Below the pieces are notes generated by a model. That model made no database searches, was not told where the DNA came from, and saw only the letters and a program-made list of their open reading frames with translations. From Trichosphaerium sp. ATCC 40318 (taxonomy: Eukaryota; Protista; Tubulinea), in the NCBI GenBank assembly GCA_038496445.1, contig JALMLS010000344.1, forward strand, positions 124,001 through 188,000: a stretch of 64,000 nucleotides of DNA, read 5' to 3'. The position numbers and the translations under genes are program-made. Numbering within the stretch: the stretch's first letter is position 1; every line of letters begins with the position of its first letter. Of this stretch, positions 25,311 to 37,882 are shown piece by piece.

Positions 25311-26743
25311 ATGATAACGCTAGCTAAGGGATCAACGTACGAAAACTACCAGAGAAATACACGCTTTTGGCAGCGAGCGTTACTCTCAATTGTTAAAACT
25401 CACTACAAAGGCGCAAAAACGCCTGAAAACGCGTGGAAGTTTAAAGCAGCGTCATCTGGGGATAACCCGGTAAGAATACCCTAATACCTTAACATACGCT
25501 GTCTAATCGCCTAAGGTATTTTTTGCGAGCAACAGCGGCACAGAGGTAGTTATAAAATTTGTTTCTCCCTGGCATGGTGGTGTACCGGGCTGGCAACGCG
25601 AGATATGCTGTTTGGAACATATAAATCGCGTCATGAAGACAACGTAAGTTCTTAAATGTTGGTATGACGCTTAATTCTGTTAGAGGCGGTGAAGATACCT
25701 TAAATATTCCACAAATGCTCTTCAATGGCGAGTTGTATGATCAGGTAAGCTAGCACGTGTAAAGAATATAACTGACAGCAAAAAAAGGAAAAATGCGATG
25801 AGGTTGCTTACACATTGAATGTGCCGGTCTATTCATGGCCGTACATCATTTTGTCAATGGTGGAAGGAACATCAATAGACTGGGATGAGCGTGATACTAG
25901 TATAACATTGGATGAAGCAGCCATAGAATTGTTGGCTAAAAACTTGAAAGCAATCCACCAGTCAACTCCTATTAGCAAGGATGCACCGAGTACGTAACTA
26001 TAATTGACAATGCCAATAACATTATATTAAGCGTATGACGCTTTTAAGCGATTTATAATGCGTCAAAAGGTACAAGTGCATCATTAGGAATAATCATACT
26101 AACTTTTGAAAAAAAAGAGAAATTGCATTAAGAATCATAAAGAGTGGGATGATTTGAATACACATTGCTTTGATAAACTTTCAGAGTATTTACCTGCTAA
26201 CCCAGATATTCTAATAAACCAAGACCCTCAGGTAAAGTAAAATTCTAGTCTTACTCAAAAAAGTTTCACTTAATGTTTGACTTAGGCTTTTATTCATACT
26301 GACTTGAATGACGAAAATATTTTATGCAAGATTGTTGATGCTACCATAGTTCCAACAAGTTTGATTGACTTTGCAGAGGTACTCTATAATTTTAATTAAA
26401 GTATTGTTCTAGTACTAACTCAAACTCAGGCCGGGTATGGAGACCCTATGTATGACTTTGTGGCATTATTTTTATCTGTGTTCCGATGTGATAAAGATAA
26501 AATGACAAAGTTTTTAAAAGCTTATGGATACGAGTGGAATGAATCAAAACGGAAAAAGATAATGATGTATACATTACTAAATAAGCAAGATGCACTAAGA
26601 ACAGCATTCAAGGTAAGTGGTCAAAGCATCTTTACGTAGAGTACTACGTACTTGTACTTACTTTGTTTTTCTTGAAATAGTATTTCCCAGATTACGCAAA
26701 GATTAAAGATCTCGATGAACTAGCTGCTGCCTTGTATCCATAA
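25311..26743 (+). CDS. Aminoglycoside phosphotransferase/choline kinase-like (APH) protein
   Basis: VVIKF, WPYIILSMVEG, FIHTDLNDENIL catalytic loop, LIDFAE, GDPMYDF. Confidence 0.88.
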
Positions 26744-27021
26744 ATAAAAAACGGTTTTGCTGCCGACTGGTTTGCCAATATTTATTGACGAGTTGCCAAA
26801 TATAGATCTATGATTAGACTTACGCTTGTTTATTGTAAGGCAACTTTTGTCTCAAAACAAAAAGTACTCAAAAAATCCTATTTTTATTACTTAAAATTAT
26901 CAATACGATTGTTCGGTGTGTCAGTGTGGCATAAGGTTCCACTGCACTCCGACAGTGAGTTTGTTAATACGATTTTGGCGTATTGGTTTATAATATGCGA
27001 CATCAGGTACATGGATATAAA

Positions 27022-28315
27022 TTACAAGTGGCTGTCAATGAAATTAGGTGCCAAAATCTCTCTAACATTAGAGTTTTTTTCTTCAGTTTCTTGACCTTCT
27101 TTGAACCTTAAAATACATGGAACATGATTCTCGTAAGGTGTCATATTTATAATACAACCATCTGATTCACCTCTAACTCTTTCGACAATCTCACTTCCAA
27201 AAAGAACTTCAAAATCAAGTCCACTTACACCTAACATTTTTACGATTAGTTTTCAGTAAAAAACTGTTAAACACTTTACCGTATTTATTTGCGTAGAAGT
27301 CTCTGAAGGCCTCTGCATTTGATTCTCTAGTAAAAACAACAAACCATCTTTTATCTTTAGAGTCTATGAATTGTACCATCTTTCCTCTATGTGATAGTAT
27401 AACATGACATCTACCATTGTTTGCTATTGCTTTCCATAAAGCTGTATGATCTACTTGTTGTTCTTTGTCTTTTGCTTCGAGTTGTTTCACTACTTCTTCC
27501 ATTTCATAACCATCAATTATTTGTTTTACATCCATATAAGAGAATTGAAGCATGTCAGCTACAAGACAAAGTTTATTAGTCCAAAAAAAAAAAAGAAAGA
27601 AACAAGAATTATTGTTTTCTACAAAAAATCATGATGTGCTTGTAACGTACGTGTGAAAGGATCTACTTGGATACCTTTGAAGTTAGAATCTCTCATAGGT
27701 ATTCCTGTGTTACCGCAAAATTGATACATGAACGACAACATATTAGACTGAAAGAATTCTTCCCTACAAGAGATCGTTAAGAGCTGAAAAATGCAAAAAA
27801 CTTTTTCCTACCTTTTAAACTTTAGATCTGATTGTGTCTTTTCTATAAACCCTTGTACGTATTCTTCTCGCGTAAAGAGATACAGTGACACATTGTTCTT
27901 GTCATCTATTGGAAGTAGTATCAAATTAAAAAGCCGTTGTAGTTCATCTGTTAATTGACCAGGTATAAGAGCGTCGTGGATGTCTAATAGGCTTTCTAGA
28001 GCCTTTCTCTTTAAATCTGTAGATTTTGGCTCTGTTTGCCATTTCTTGTACGCTTGAAGCAACTTTTTACGCTCATCGTCGAGTTTTATGGCGTCTAATC
28101 CTGATTTTGATTCAAGAAATGTCGTTGGAGGTGGCGTATTGCTTTGTTGTGTCTCTGGGGCGGTCTCTGCTGGAGGCTTGGGAATATTACAGCAAAATCT
28201 AGTCTTTGTAGCAGAGAAACGTGCTGTTTTGTATCTTCTACCTATTGAAAGCTTAACAGACGTTAATACTTTGAGAGCAAAGAAGTCTTGTACGTACAGT
28301 GCGTCGGAGAAACAT
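27022..28315 (-). CDS. Probably mitochondrion-targeted protein with two SseB-like repeats
   Basis: Arg-rich, acid-free N-terminus MFLRRTLSIGRRYKTARFSATKTRF; two units LYLFTREE...GIQVDP and FVVFTRES...GCIINM. Confidence 0.6.
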
Positions 28316-28853
28316 TTTATCTAGTCAAGCTTATTAAGTGCAAGTGAAGCGATAACTGATACAAGAGGCGTCACTAGTAGTCATTAGAGCATTTGCCAGT
28401 CTTGAAGCTTTGAGTGATAATGGTTCTCAGGTATGTTACCGCCACAAGTTAACATCAGATCGCGAGATCTGTTACAGCCGAGTAAGCGCACTTAGGAAGA
28501 AATTCAGGAGCTAGGTTTGTATTTCCTTTTGATGACACGTGATGGCTCTCAATCAAACCGCAAACAAAATTACGGGCGTAACGATAACCACAGTATTAGC
28601 TCAAGACATTAGATTGAAGATTGATAAAGGGTATAGAGTGATTGAGGCAATAGATCGAAAGGTAGAGGTTGCGTTAAGTTATTCGTACGGCTTAGAGGAT
28701 TTCAATCAGATCTCACTTTTAAACATATCACATTACCATCAAAGCATCTGCATAGTATCTTTTAGCGAATTTAGTAGCGATTCAGCAATTCAACCGATCA
28801 TTTCAAAACCGTCAAACCGTCAACCACTTCAAACCTCCGAAAACACTCTAACC

Positions 28854-29102
28854 ATGCAAACATACGTCCAAAGAACTTCTCCATCAATTACTCGGCACTC
28901 AATCAGGACTCACAATGCTTCGGCAACCGCCCGGTGTTTGTTTGGTAAACCCACAGCCGCGGAGAGCGCTCGACTAAGCGATAGCATTCGTGGCCATCTA
29001 AAACAAGCAGCAGAGGATTTCTCAATCAAGTGGAATTTTGATCTTTCATCAGAGCAACCTACTCCTGGCGAGTACGCGTGGGAGCGCGTAAAAAATATGT
29101 AA
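28854..29102 (+). CDS. Cyclin-dependent kinase inhibitor (CDI domain, Cip/Kip-KRP type), 82 aa, intronless
   Basis: ARCLFG (RxLFG cyclin-binding motif) and FSIKWNFDLSSEQPTPGEYAWERV. Confidence 0.85.
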   Translation: MQTYVQRTSPSITRHSIRTHNASATARCLFGKPTAAESARLSDSIRGHLKQAAEDFSIKWNFDLSSEQPTPGEYAWERVKNM

Positions 29103-29368
29103 ATAATGTTCACCCTTGTGGCTTCTGAAAATAAATCTGTACAAACAACTTTTTATCGACACGTGACGCCGTTAATACATTGTAAAACATTGCCTGAGGA
29201 GTATTTTCTTGAAATAAGCTCTTGTAGATTGAGTAAAGTATCACAAATTGGATTGTGGCCAAAACGACAATGAAAAAAAAAAAAAACAATTGCTGTACGT
29301 GCGTGGAGTTAACGTGCAAGAGCGAAAAGTAGTATGCCTTAATTGTAGTGGTAATTCGGCGCAAACTC

Positions 29369-30996
29369 ATGTTAAAGCAGTATGGCTTGGATACAGACTT
29401 CGTGTGGACTATCTTTATACAATGTTGCTTCATATGTACTGGAGTAACGTCGACGTTAGCTCAACAATTTGTAAGTTTACAAGGAGCGGCTCGTACGTGT
29501 TTTCCTACGCGCAAAAGTGCGTCTTATACCTTTTAAGATGAAAAGTCACTTCTCCTGGCTGCGGCGAGTTATCTCGGGATTTCACTTGCTGCTTTTGGCT
29601 TAAGAAGCGATGAAAATCCAATACCATACTCTTTAGCGTTTATCGTAGGCGTGGGAGATTTTTTAGGAATGGTACAATGAAAAAGCCTAAGAGCAGTTGC
29701 TAATTGTGCTTTAAGGTTATAAGTATGATTGGCTTAGTTTTTGCTGGTAGTGGAGTATCCTTTACGTCAAGTTAAACGTCTAACAAAGCGTTCCCACCTT
29801 TTTTTAAACATTGAAAAGTTGGCGCATTTTTCTCCTTGACATTTTTCTTGATGTACCAAGTTGGACATTCTTCTATACTTGTCTTTGTGGCGTTAATGTC
29901 ATGGCTTGTATTTAATAGAAAGATAAGCGGCTATAAATGGTTATCTATCATTGTTTTAACATCAGGACTTGCTCTATCAGCTTTCGGAACATCCACAGGA
30001 GGTACATATAAAAGACATTTTGGCATGACATGTCAAAATAATTTCATTAAAAATCTTGATACTTCGTTTTCTACAACCGACAAGGTATTTTTACATACTA
30101 CACTTTAATTGTCGTTGCTCGGAAGAAATTGACAAGGCTATAAAACAGAGACATTGTGACATGTCGTGTCAACAAGATTTTTCTTGAGTTTTTTCAATAC
30201 TAATTCTTGTTTCAAAAGGTAATCAGCAATTTGCTGGATTCTTATATGTATTACTTGGATCTCTTGCCTTCTCATTTAACTACTTGGGAGGAGAAATAAT
30301 TTTTGAGTTACCCACTCCGCCTAGTAAAAGTAAAGTACAAACGTACGTGTATTTTACCTGTCAACCAAAAAACTTTTTGAACAACTTTGTTTTTTGTTTA
30401 TTGGTTTCGTGTCCAGTTTTTTCTTAACTTTCGTTTAGAATTGCTGGCGTTGTCGGTCTGATCTTGTGTTCTGTGTATGTAGTAGTATACACCATACCAA
30501 ATTGGAAGACTATAGTTACTGATGAGATTGAAAAAGCAGGAGGTTCTTTATTCTACTGATTGTATTACACTTTTAGTCTAACTGTTTAATTAAGGTTCTA
30601 ATACACTCATCGTGCTTTCTTATATTTTCTTGGTGGTTGTAGCATACTTCCACTCGTACTTGTACTGGAAGCTAGTTCAAAAAGTTGGTGCTATTGCAGT
30701 AGGCAAGTATTCACGTCTTTATCACGTGGTCTTTTTGAAAACCAACCAGATTTTTGTAGGTTACCTTTTACTAATTTTTTTTGTGCGTAGGTGTTCTTCA
30801 AGCTATTCGGGCTGTTGCAGTTTTTGGTCTATCTCATATGTTGTTTTGTAGTGCAAAACACCCTGCCAATTGCTTCAATAAGTGGAAAGGTATATCTACC
30901 CTCGTTGTGGCCTTTGGCATGTGTTTTTATGCGTATACAAGCAGTAAGAAGACAACCGCCAAAGAAAAACCAAGAGAGAATGTAACAAAACTTTAA
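29369..30996 (+). CDS. SLC35/DMT-family membrane transporter
   Basis: Many transmembrane segments; GLVFAGSGMYQVGHSSILVF; GAIAVGVLQAIRAVAVFGLSHMLFC. Confidence 0.85.
29755..29850 (+). other. U12-type intron with apparent non-canonical GT-TG ends
   Basis: Donor GTATCCTTT; branch TTCTCCTTGAC with the A 11 nt before ...TTG|ATG. The intron contains an in-frame stop, and this junction keeps GSG-MYQV. Confidence 0.7.
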
Positions 30997-31398
30997 CTTA
31001 CGCTTTAACCACTGCTTGTTTTTGACGCGTACAAATTGTAAACTATAAACAAAGAAAGAGCTGACGTAAAGAATTTTCTATGTGATTTTGAAAGTAAACT
31101 GTCGCAAGACTCGCTTGTCAAAGTTGGTGTAAGTTAAGAAGTAATCTGATGTTTCGTCGAAAAGCTTCATTTGCTATCTTGTCTGAACAGTGGTTGATTT
31201 TACAAAGTCACGTGAATCACCTTATGGCGTTATCTTTGGAAAAACATGAGAAGTCCAGGACTTGCAAGTCTCGGTTTGCAGTTCACCGAATGTTTGGAGA
31301 ATCACGTGAATCGTTCATTGTCCAACGGTGTAAAGGAAGTTCGTTCACAGCGGCTTTAAGCCCGGCCCGCAGCCATAACACTTTCCAAACTAACGACG

Positions 31399-34300
31399 AT
31401 GCGCACACGTCTCGTTCTACTATTATTCCTTACCATTGCGCAAGTACGTTCTTCACGAATTAAGCTTTTTAGTCTTCGTGTTTATTTAATTAAAGGTATT
31501 TGCGGATAATGGTTATTGTTACGATATCCAAGACTGCACCACGTGCGGAAATGATCCCAATTGTAAATGGTGTGGGACTAAACCACCAACGCGGAGTGTT
31601 GAAGCTGACGCACCAGCTGGGTAAGGAGAACATTCGTTATTAATTTACTATCGGCTTTCAAAAACACAGTTTGGTTTCCTGTATTTAATTGTTCGTAGTT
31701 GTAATCCAGTAGATACAATCGACTTTTGTAATGCTGAATCATACTACAGTGATACAGCGAACTGTGATGTACTAGGATGTTATGGCGCAAAAACTTGGTA
31801 CTAAAAAAGCAGCCAAACCATTCGATTTCTGACTTTGTTCGTAGCGAGGAATGTGGCGCTAAACCTGGATGCGTGTTCTGTAAAGACTGGGTACCAGGTA
31901 CGGAATTTGTAGCGGATGTTTGGCCCACGTGTTAACAAGGTAAAGGTGGAAGCTATCAATGTGTAGACGATACAAGTTTGAATTTATGTGACAATGATAC
32001 ACCAAAATACAGCGATCCTAATCAATGCCCTACATGCTCAGAGATTCAAACTTGCGATGAGTGTACCGCCAATGATGATTGCAAATGGTGTATTGAGGAT
32101 GAACCAGCTGGTAAACGCTCAACATCGTCCTTGGATTCTAGCTGTAAAGTATGCTTTTGATTTTGTTATTAAGCCTTAGTTTTAAATCCTTGTCTTAGGA
32201 TGCTGATACAATGGATGTATGCTTCGGAAACTTTGAGAAAACGGGTTGTCCAAAACAGGATTGTAGATTTATAGCAGGGTGTGCTGAATGCGCAAAGGCT
32301 GGTTGCACGTTTTGTAAAGGTTAGTTAAATACTTTTTCGAGTTTCATAGATTTGGAGTGTTAACCTAATGTATATAGAGTGGGTTCCTGGAGGTACATTC
32401 ATATGTGTAGATGACGATGATGTAAACACGCAATGTCAAAACCCAGGACCGATAAAATACACTACGGAGTCTGAGGTACAAATTCTTTTTCTACCTTATA
32501 AGCTAAAGGTGATCTAAGTGCGATGCTTTTGATCCATGCTGGAATCACGCAGATTGCGATAAATGTCAAATGGATGATAGCTGTAAATGGTGTGGACCAG
32601 CGCCGGAAACGAAACGAAACACAAACGCAATGACAGGTAATGAACAAGACTTAACATATTAGTGCTTAAGTTGTTTTTTTAATAGCAAAGCCAAATCAAT
32701 GTAACTCAAAAGATAAAGATGGGTGCTACTTTGAGGACGAATTAAAGCAGAATTGTAATTACATAGAAGATCAAGTAGCAAACTCATGCGAACTTCAAAA
32801 CTCATGTGACACGTGCATGGAAAAAACTGGTAAAACGAAAAAAACTTCATAATTTTCTTGTCTTTAACAAAAGTTTAGGATGCTATTGGTGTAGAGATTG
32901 GGCTTCACCAACGCCTTCATATGCATGCCATAGCAGTGATACTACTTGTGATATATTCGAGCCTATATTTCATACAAGCGACGATGACTCATGCCTTCAA
33001 CCAATTAAAGTGTTAGGCTTCGAAGTACGTGTTTAAAAAACAAAATCAAGGTGCACCTTATTCCCCACTTACTTTACTTTATTACAGGTTACTCAAGGTC
33101 TTCAAAATTTGGATCAAACGGAAGAAATAGAACTTGTAACAGGACGTAAAACATTTGTCCGTGTTTACGTTGGCAAAGATTCAGGTGAAACGCATCCAAC
33201 GTATGTCTTTCTCACTGTAACCCTTCCCTACTTGAATATAGATTATTAATTATTTTTGCTTCAGGAAACCTCGTGCTCGATTACTGTTAGATGGTGGAAA
33301 CTCTGATATAGTTGAAATGGAGTCATCTATAATACCTTCAATTCTTTCGAGATCAGATACTGATAGAACTTTAAACTTCATATTACCTTCATCTACTGTT
33401 TCTTCAGTTGGAGAGTTTGATATTGGATTTGAATTAACTAGTAGTCATAAGTTATGGTGTAACCCGAAATATCCTTGTACTTCTAAGGTATCTGCGCGTA
33501 TTCGAAGAACTAATACCTTTTCTTACTTTTTTCTTTTTTTTTAGGGAAGAATTGACCGAGAGGGAGTTGCTCCAAAATTAGTTGTACATCGCTTGGATTA
33601 TCATGGCCCTTGTGTTGAACCTAGTGGATGCGGAGCTCCTTCTACTGACAAAACTTGGGAGGTAATAAGCGAGATTGAAGCTATGATACCTGTTAAAAAC
33701 CTTGATGATGTTCAAATTGAGACACACGATATAGGTACTTGGTTATTCTATTTATCGGCCGCTAACTTATCACTACTAGGAAATCTCATACTTACAAACG
33801 TTGGTCTTACAATAGAAAATTCAATAACGTTGTCGGAGTACATGGATTACTTGAAAGGAACTGGAGAAGGTATATTCTTTGGGTTCATATCATTGCCAGT
33901 TTTTAGCGACTGGGGTGGTTTGAGAGGTGCTGCAATATCTGGATCAGATTCTTTTTGGTCAACAGACACCGATTGGACACCAGGTAATACACAGAAAATA
34001 GCTCTCGAAACAAAAGCTAATCGATTCTTTTTAAGAACATGAGTTTCTTCATGCTGTATCAGGTTCAAAACATATTGGCGGTTGCGGTGATCCAGAAAAT
34101 GTTGATGACTCTTATCCTTATGGTGTTGAAATTGCCGAAGAAACTGATGACCCACAAGTAAGTAAAACCTAGCGAAATTACAGACTTTGAAGTGTACGCT
34201 TGATTACAACTGACGATTTTTTTTACAGACTGAGATTTGGGGTATTCAAAACATAGATGAATGGAAACTACGATCACCATCAACAAGAAATGTTATGACA

Positions 34301-35512
34301 TATTGCAATTCTAACACACAATGGATTTCAAAATTTGAGTATGCTCAGACCCTACAAGGTAACCACAACTTTCAGCAATTCTGAAACAACTTTCTTGTAA
34401 AGTTTGTTACTGATCATGTGTATCTAGCATTAAACTCACATGCGAAAAAAAGAGGTGTCATAAGACTTAAGACTACAAGCTTGCGAATACTTGGAACATT
34501 GAGTGATGACAATAAGGTTACAATATCGCTTATGGTTAAACGACCAGATACCCTTGCACCTAGCGATGCATCTAATCTTCGTTATGGACCTATTATAATC
34601 CGTTTCTTGGATGATCAAGGTAACGAAGTGGATACTTTCCTACCTGTTGTATCAGACTACGCCAACGTAAAATCAGTTCGAAGTTTTTCTTTGAACACGC
34701 TCTGGAAATCAACATAGTACGCGTTTTAGAATATCACGTGAGCATTGACTAATGCTTTTCATCGTAGCAACCAAATTCAGATAGTTGATAGAAATGATAA
34801 TATCTTGTACAGCGCTACAGCACCTGCAAAAGAACCGGTAGTATCTATTCTTTCGCCTTTGGAAAACACAAAGCTTCCTGAATCAGGAAGTCTTAATGTC
34901 ACGTGGAAGTCTGGAGATGATCTCACGTATATAGTGGAGTACAGGGCATCTCCTACGGATTCTTGGAGAACGTATGGTATGACTAAAAGTTCTCCATTGG
35001 TGTTACGTGTTGAGTCACTCCGAAGTGCTGAAGGTACATCAATCTAGTATATGTTTTGCACTAAAGAGTTCGAAGGTACTGCGAGCATTCGTGTTGGAGC
35101 TACTGATGGATGGCACACTACTTGGTCATCTGTTGATGGATTAACAATGCCTAAGAGGAAGATAGAATTATCTATTAGAAGCAAGACTGCTACTGAAGAT
35201 GGAACTACGTTACGAGCAATAGCATACGATTTTAACACTGGAAGCATTGTCACCGACATTAAATGGAAGTCAGAGGGTAAAGTAGTTGGGACTGGAACAT
35301 CTGTTACTCTTGGTACCGTATACAACGGCAAGACGTTGGTTGTAGAGGCAGGAGAGGATTCTACACTTGTATCAAAAGAAGTCAACCTCGAAGATAACCC
35401 AACAGTACCAAACAATACAACAACTACACCACCAAGTAGCTTTGCTACACGGGTTGAGCTTGTTGTAGGTTTGATGTTGTCATTTGTATATTTAACGTTG
35501 TTTGGCTTGTAA
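31399..35512 (+). CDS. Secreted, GPI-anchored protein: about 6 PSI-like Cys repeats + M66/StcE-like zinc metallopeptidase + beta-rich domains
   Basis: Signal peptide; CxxCxxxxxCxWC repeats; FEVTQGLQ...ELVTGRKTFVRVYV; spliced HEFLHAVSGSKH at about 34038; Met-turn NVMTYC; Thr-rich stalk and hydrophobic C-terminus. Confidence 0.82.
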
Positions 35513-35614
35513 ATAAACTTTTTATTTTTTTCGTATTATCACGTGATACTTGGTGAGTAAGAAAACGAAAAAACCGAGAAAAGTTTTTGGGTTCTTCCAA
35601 GTTTTTTATTCTCT

Positions 35615-37882
35615 TCAAGTATGGCCAAACGTAAATATACCTTTAAACGGACTTGGATGTTGGTGGACATCATCCTACGATTATATTTTAGTAATGGGTT
35701 TACTTGGGTTGTTTAAAATGTCCAAACTTTAAAAACAGAGCACGTACAAGAAGTCCTTCTACACCTTTCCAAATACCGATAACAAGACCTATAGCGCCAA
35801 ATATCATACATTGAGTATGTAATATATAACGCCACCAATTCATTTGGTGAGGACAAATTATCCAATGAAACAGAGGAGGTAATATCTAAACAAAGAAAAA
35901 AAATGAGTAAAAAATAAGAAATACTCAAGATACTTTCACTCCTCAGACTAAAGTCAAGAGAACGAAGGTTCTTGATGGTAAAGAATTTTGTATGCTTACG
36001 TAACAAGGTAAACTTAAAGTGAAAGCCGAAAATACAGACATAAGTGATGTAAAATAAGGAAGCTACAAAGAATTTGTTAGGAACTTGCACTTTCATCGAA
36101 ATGGTATTCGCACAGAAAGAGCAATGACAATAAATAACGCCATGCAACTCGCTCGGATAATAATACGTTGGTAAAATGGTACTTTAGTTGGATCGACATC
36201 TAGGGTAATGAGTTAGGGGTGCTTGGTGCTAAAAGGCGATTGTATGTGCTTTAGGGTACCCGAGATATCAAGCTTGGAGTACTCCTTTTTCCTGTTCCAG
36301 CGATTGACCTTTGTTTCAATCTAAAGTGCGTTCAGTTAAACCTTATTTTCTTTAAAAGACGGTGAGATTTTGACGTACAAACATGAAGATACCAGTCAAG
36401 AAGATTGGTACAGCGAATATAAGATGAACAACTACAAGAGCATTTGCAATATACACAATAAACTAATTTGATTAGAAACAATCGAAGAAGCCACTAGAGC
36501 GTCTTTCTGGACACGTGTACCTTAAAGTCTGTGAAAGCTTTTATGGCGTCAAGTATGTTACTAATCCCAGGAGAATTTAAAAATGATCCGTAAACGAGAT
36601 ATCCAACTATAGCCACCGGAAGGTACAGAACTAGTTGCAAAAAAAAATGGTTACTCGAGAAAAAATAGCTTCTTGAAAAAATGTTTTTTTTACGCACTTG
36701 AACAAATTCCCATGCCACTAATTACTGATCCATTCCATTGCTTTCTATCCGTTAATTCTGACCAGTACTCTGGGAACTAAAATAGTTTAACAAAATGTCA
36801 AGCATGATTAAAACAGTACATACAACAATAGTTGATCCATAAGCAAAGGTAAAAATGTTTAAGCCAACAGCGAATTTAGATAAGTTGAATGTCTGCGTCT
36901 CAATGTCATTGTTTTGTACAACAATATGGTAATCATCTCTACAATATAAAACTAGAGCCATAACAAATACCATGAATGCAACAACTAGACATCATCAAAA
37001 GTTATTCAAAAGACAACAAAAACATACTAGAAGAAGAACCAGAAGCGAGGTATCTTAAAAAAAAGCGAAAAACATTAGTAATCACGTGACACATTTTTGC
37101 TTTTTTTTTACTACTTACGATGTCCAACTAACTTCTCCAAAAGTTCTCATGATGATTACAAGAGGCGTTAGGGCTAATCCAAACGCTAAAGTCCAGAATC
37201 CTCGAGGGACGACGTCAACAATACCGTGCATTAAATCTCCTAAATAAAACAATAAAAACCAAGAATTTCGTTTTTAACGAATAGAAAAGCGAGTGTACCT
37301 AACAGCACAAGGTATATAATACCAGCACCTGCCATCATGACAAATACAGTCGCTTGAGATATAATTACGCCTGTTAGACCAATTGCTTGCTCTCCAACAT
37401 CAGAATAACTAACACAAAAACTTCAGAAAAATAGTGTCTTTTCTACGCACGTGTGGACCATTATCCCGTTTTTTTTAAGGTGTTCCATCGCTAAACCAAG
37501 TTGTATACCGCCGTACACAGTTTCTATCATACAAAAGATTAATACAGGTATGCCCACCCATCCAGTGTTATCGACAGCGGCAGGCAAACCGAGCTAGGTG
37601 CGGTTTTAGCTTGTATTAGGAATAAAAAAGGTCGTACCAACCCAGCTCCTGCTGTAGCGCCTACAATCAAAGATGCAGTAGCTAAACTATTGTTTGTTAA
37701 TGTTTGGGTAGTGTGAAGGATAGATGTAACGTCGTGACCGAATTTTTGGGAAAAGCATGTCACCCAACAAAAGGCACGTACAGAGAATTTCTTCCTTCTT
37801 TATGACTACCAATTTGCTCTGGGTTTATAGAGGTAAACCCACTACCACTGTCGACTGGGGTATCAAACACGCGTTCAGTCAT
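35615..37882 (-). CDS. Amino acid/auxin permease (Aa_trans) family transporter
   Basis: LIVGATAGAGL, YSDVGEQAIG, IFTFAYG, LPYFTSLMSVFSA, ILPPLFHW; about 11 transmembrane segments. Confidence 0.9.

Noticed and set aside
28539-28853. N-terminal extension of the CDK inhibitor ORF in the track
   Set aside because: It starts at GTG or an upstream ATG in promoter-like sequence; ACCATG at 28854 is the more plausible start, though unproven.
30040-30185. 10-bp inverted repeat (AAAAATCTTG/CAAGATTTTT) in an SLC35 intron as a possible MITE
   Set aside because: It is short and AT-rich, with no target-site duplication or second copy visible.
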